A stretch of 62,556 nt of DNA, the filler included, from Globobulimina sp. (Eukaryota), in the NCBI GenBank assembly GCA_003354225.1. It is 41 parts of 41 records of this genome, joined end to end, with 100 filler letters (N's around TTAATTAATTAA, not from the genome) between each part and the next. Parts side by side here need not be neighbours in the genome. Positions count along the whole stretch, not along the records: positions 61,130 to 62,556 come from PIVH01016851.1; 40 more parts are not named here. The stretch is one strand, 5' to 3'. The translations under genes and the position numbers were made by a program. Below the pieces are notes generated by a model. The model was given only the letters and a program-made list of their open reading frames with translations, had not been told where the DNA came from and made no database searches. Position 1 is the first letter of the stretch; each line of letters begins with the position of its first letter. Below, in pieces: positions 61,142 through 62,556 of the stretch.

Positions 61142-61798
61142 ATGCCATGAAGTAACAGAAAAAGAAATGACTTCCTTCCCTTATTATTACTATTTGGCCA
61201 ATTACAGGAGATTGAACTCAATCGTCTCCCTCCTGTGACTTTAATATTCTTTGCGATCAACATAGCAGTTCATTTCATGGCTGATTACATTCCATTATCA
61301 GATGTTTGCATTCGCCCAATATCTGTCATTCAATTTGGCCAATATGAGGTTGATTCCGTCCGCATTTTTCATGCAGATAGTTGGCATTTATACTACAATA
61401 TGGTATCATTATTATGGAAAGGAATGAAGTTCGAAAGAAACATTGGATCAGCTCGATTGTTTACGCTTATTCTCATCTCAACTTTTTTATCATCACTGTT
61501 TTCCATTCATGCGCATTACCAAACTTATAACAACCGACATAACTGATCATAGTCAATTAATATGTTGGTTGCAAATACAAATTATTCGGGGTTTTCTATA
61601 CCAACAAAATATTTATGTTGGTTTGAATTGGTATTAATAATTTTGATTACACCAAACGCGTCATTCTCAGGACATCTTTGTGGAATCTTTGTTGGTTTAT
61701 TATGTTGCATTGGATTATTTAATCCTATTTTTGAGATTGTCTATCAGTTAGGAATTGATGCAGAGAAACCAAAACAAAGAACAATGGAATATGTTTAG
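61142..61798 (+). pseudogene. Rhomboid (RHBDD1/RHBDL4-like) pseudogene
   Basis: PPVT, HLYYNMVSLLWKG, WFEL, SFSGHLCG; TGA at codon 3, internal stops near 61546, catalytic GxSG segment absent. Confidence 0.8.
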
Positions 61799-62125
61799 TA
61801 TGGAATGGGAGGTCCGTAGGATGAGTAAATTTTAATCAACTTATGATTGGAGCATAATAATCCAAATGTGAACAAATATTTGTATTTGCAAATAGGAAAC
61901 GGGAAGTATTGTCAGATGTATACATATGGAAACAGTAATAAATAATTATTGACCTTGTCAAGTAGCGCGAAAATATGATAAAATTATTCTAATACTTATG
62001 TTAAACAAATATAGAATATAATATTTGATATTTCCTTGATTTTTCCCATTTAACGCCTTGTTAGTATGTTCAAATATAAACCTGAAAATATACTGTTTTT
62101 CACAGTTGTGTGTTACTGACTACTG

Positions 62126-62157
62126 GTTCTGTGAAAACCTTTCAAGAGTAAGTATAA
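62126..62157 (+). repeat. Second copy of the 32-bp donor-containing island
   Basis: Identical to 9840..9871. Confidence 0.95.
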
Positions 62158-62256
62158 CCCACAATCCTTTCGTTAAGGACTAAACTCTGAAAGGTATAAC
62201 TAAAGTAAACCTCTTGGCAGATCCACCCAATCTCGACAGTCAAAATTCACACCACG

Positions 62257-62556
62257 ATGAAGAAAAATAGAGACCAGAATAATAAAAATAAATCACCGCA
62301 ACAAATACTCAAAGGAAAGAAACGCCCACAGAAACCGGCGCCATCCAACAAATTCGTACTCAACACATTGTACTCGCAACATAATAAAATGGTGGATGAT
62401 ATCAAGAACATTCAGAACGATTTGGAGCAATTAGGTCAGAGAAAAGAGGACGTTGCTCACAGGAGTAAGCAAAACGCGGTCCTTCGACATTTAATGGATA
62501 ATAAAAGAAAAATATCGAGAACAATTAAGAATTTGGAATTAACGATGGGTAAGAAA
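62257..62556 (+). CDS. Basic, coiled-coil ORF open to window end (possible mobile-element ORF), preceded by a probable 5'UTR intron 62148..62220
   Basis: MKKNRDQNNKNKSPQQILKGKKRPQKP...; 100 codons without stop; not in the ORF track. Confidence 0.6.
   Translation, partial: MKKNRDQNNKNKSPQQILKGKKRPQKPAPSNKFVLNTLYSQHNKMVDDIKNIQNDLEQLGQRKEDVAHRSKQNAVLRHLMDNKRKISRTIKNLELTMGKK

Noticed and set aside
62110-62200. Hammerhead ribozyme upstream of the terminal ORF
   Set aside because: The core reads CTGACTA rather than CTGANGA, and stems I and III cannot be formed convincingly.

Overview
This window is not one locus. It is 41 unrelated contigs of 1430-1427 bp, sorted by decreasing length and joined by an artificial 100-nt linker (N44-TTAATTAATTAA-N44, which puts stops in all six frames). 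Neighbourhood across linkers is meaningless, and ORFs ending in X...N/LIN are linker artefacts. Most contigs come from an AT-rich microbial eukaryote using the standard code, with short canonical GT-AG introns (mostly 41-73 nt). The gene families suggest a foraminiferan or other rhizarian; this is inference only. Recognisable genes include axonemal dynein heavy chain, RAD23, PheRS beta, ABCG, DHHC, SLC25, FYVE, SET, RCC1, TLDc, MFS, FBXL, ankyrin, RRM, a pLGIC-like channel and a 7TMIC/GRL-like protein. Mobile or foreign material includes a Polinton/Maverick-type integrase contig, a Ty3/Gypsy pol, a degenerate LINE RT, several MITE-like foldbacks, an NCLDV/PLV-like contig, a phage fragment fused to a eukaryotic helicase, and one bacterial contig with a triply nested repeat. 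The most intriguing signal is an exact 32-nt island shared by two unrelated contigs: 22 nt plus a GTAAGT donor, followed by an Sm-like site in one copy and by an intron plus ORF in the other. This is a candidate spliced-leader system, or alternatively a SINE/retroelement end. Two tRNA-like elements also share an enlarged, ATGGAT-containing anticodon arm. No CRISPR array or rRNA was seen. All family calls come from motif recognition, not database searches.
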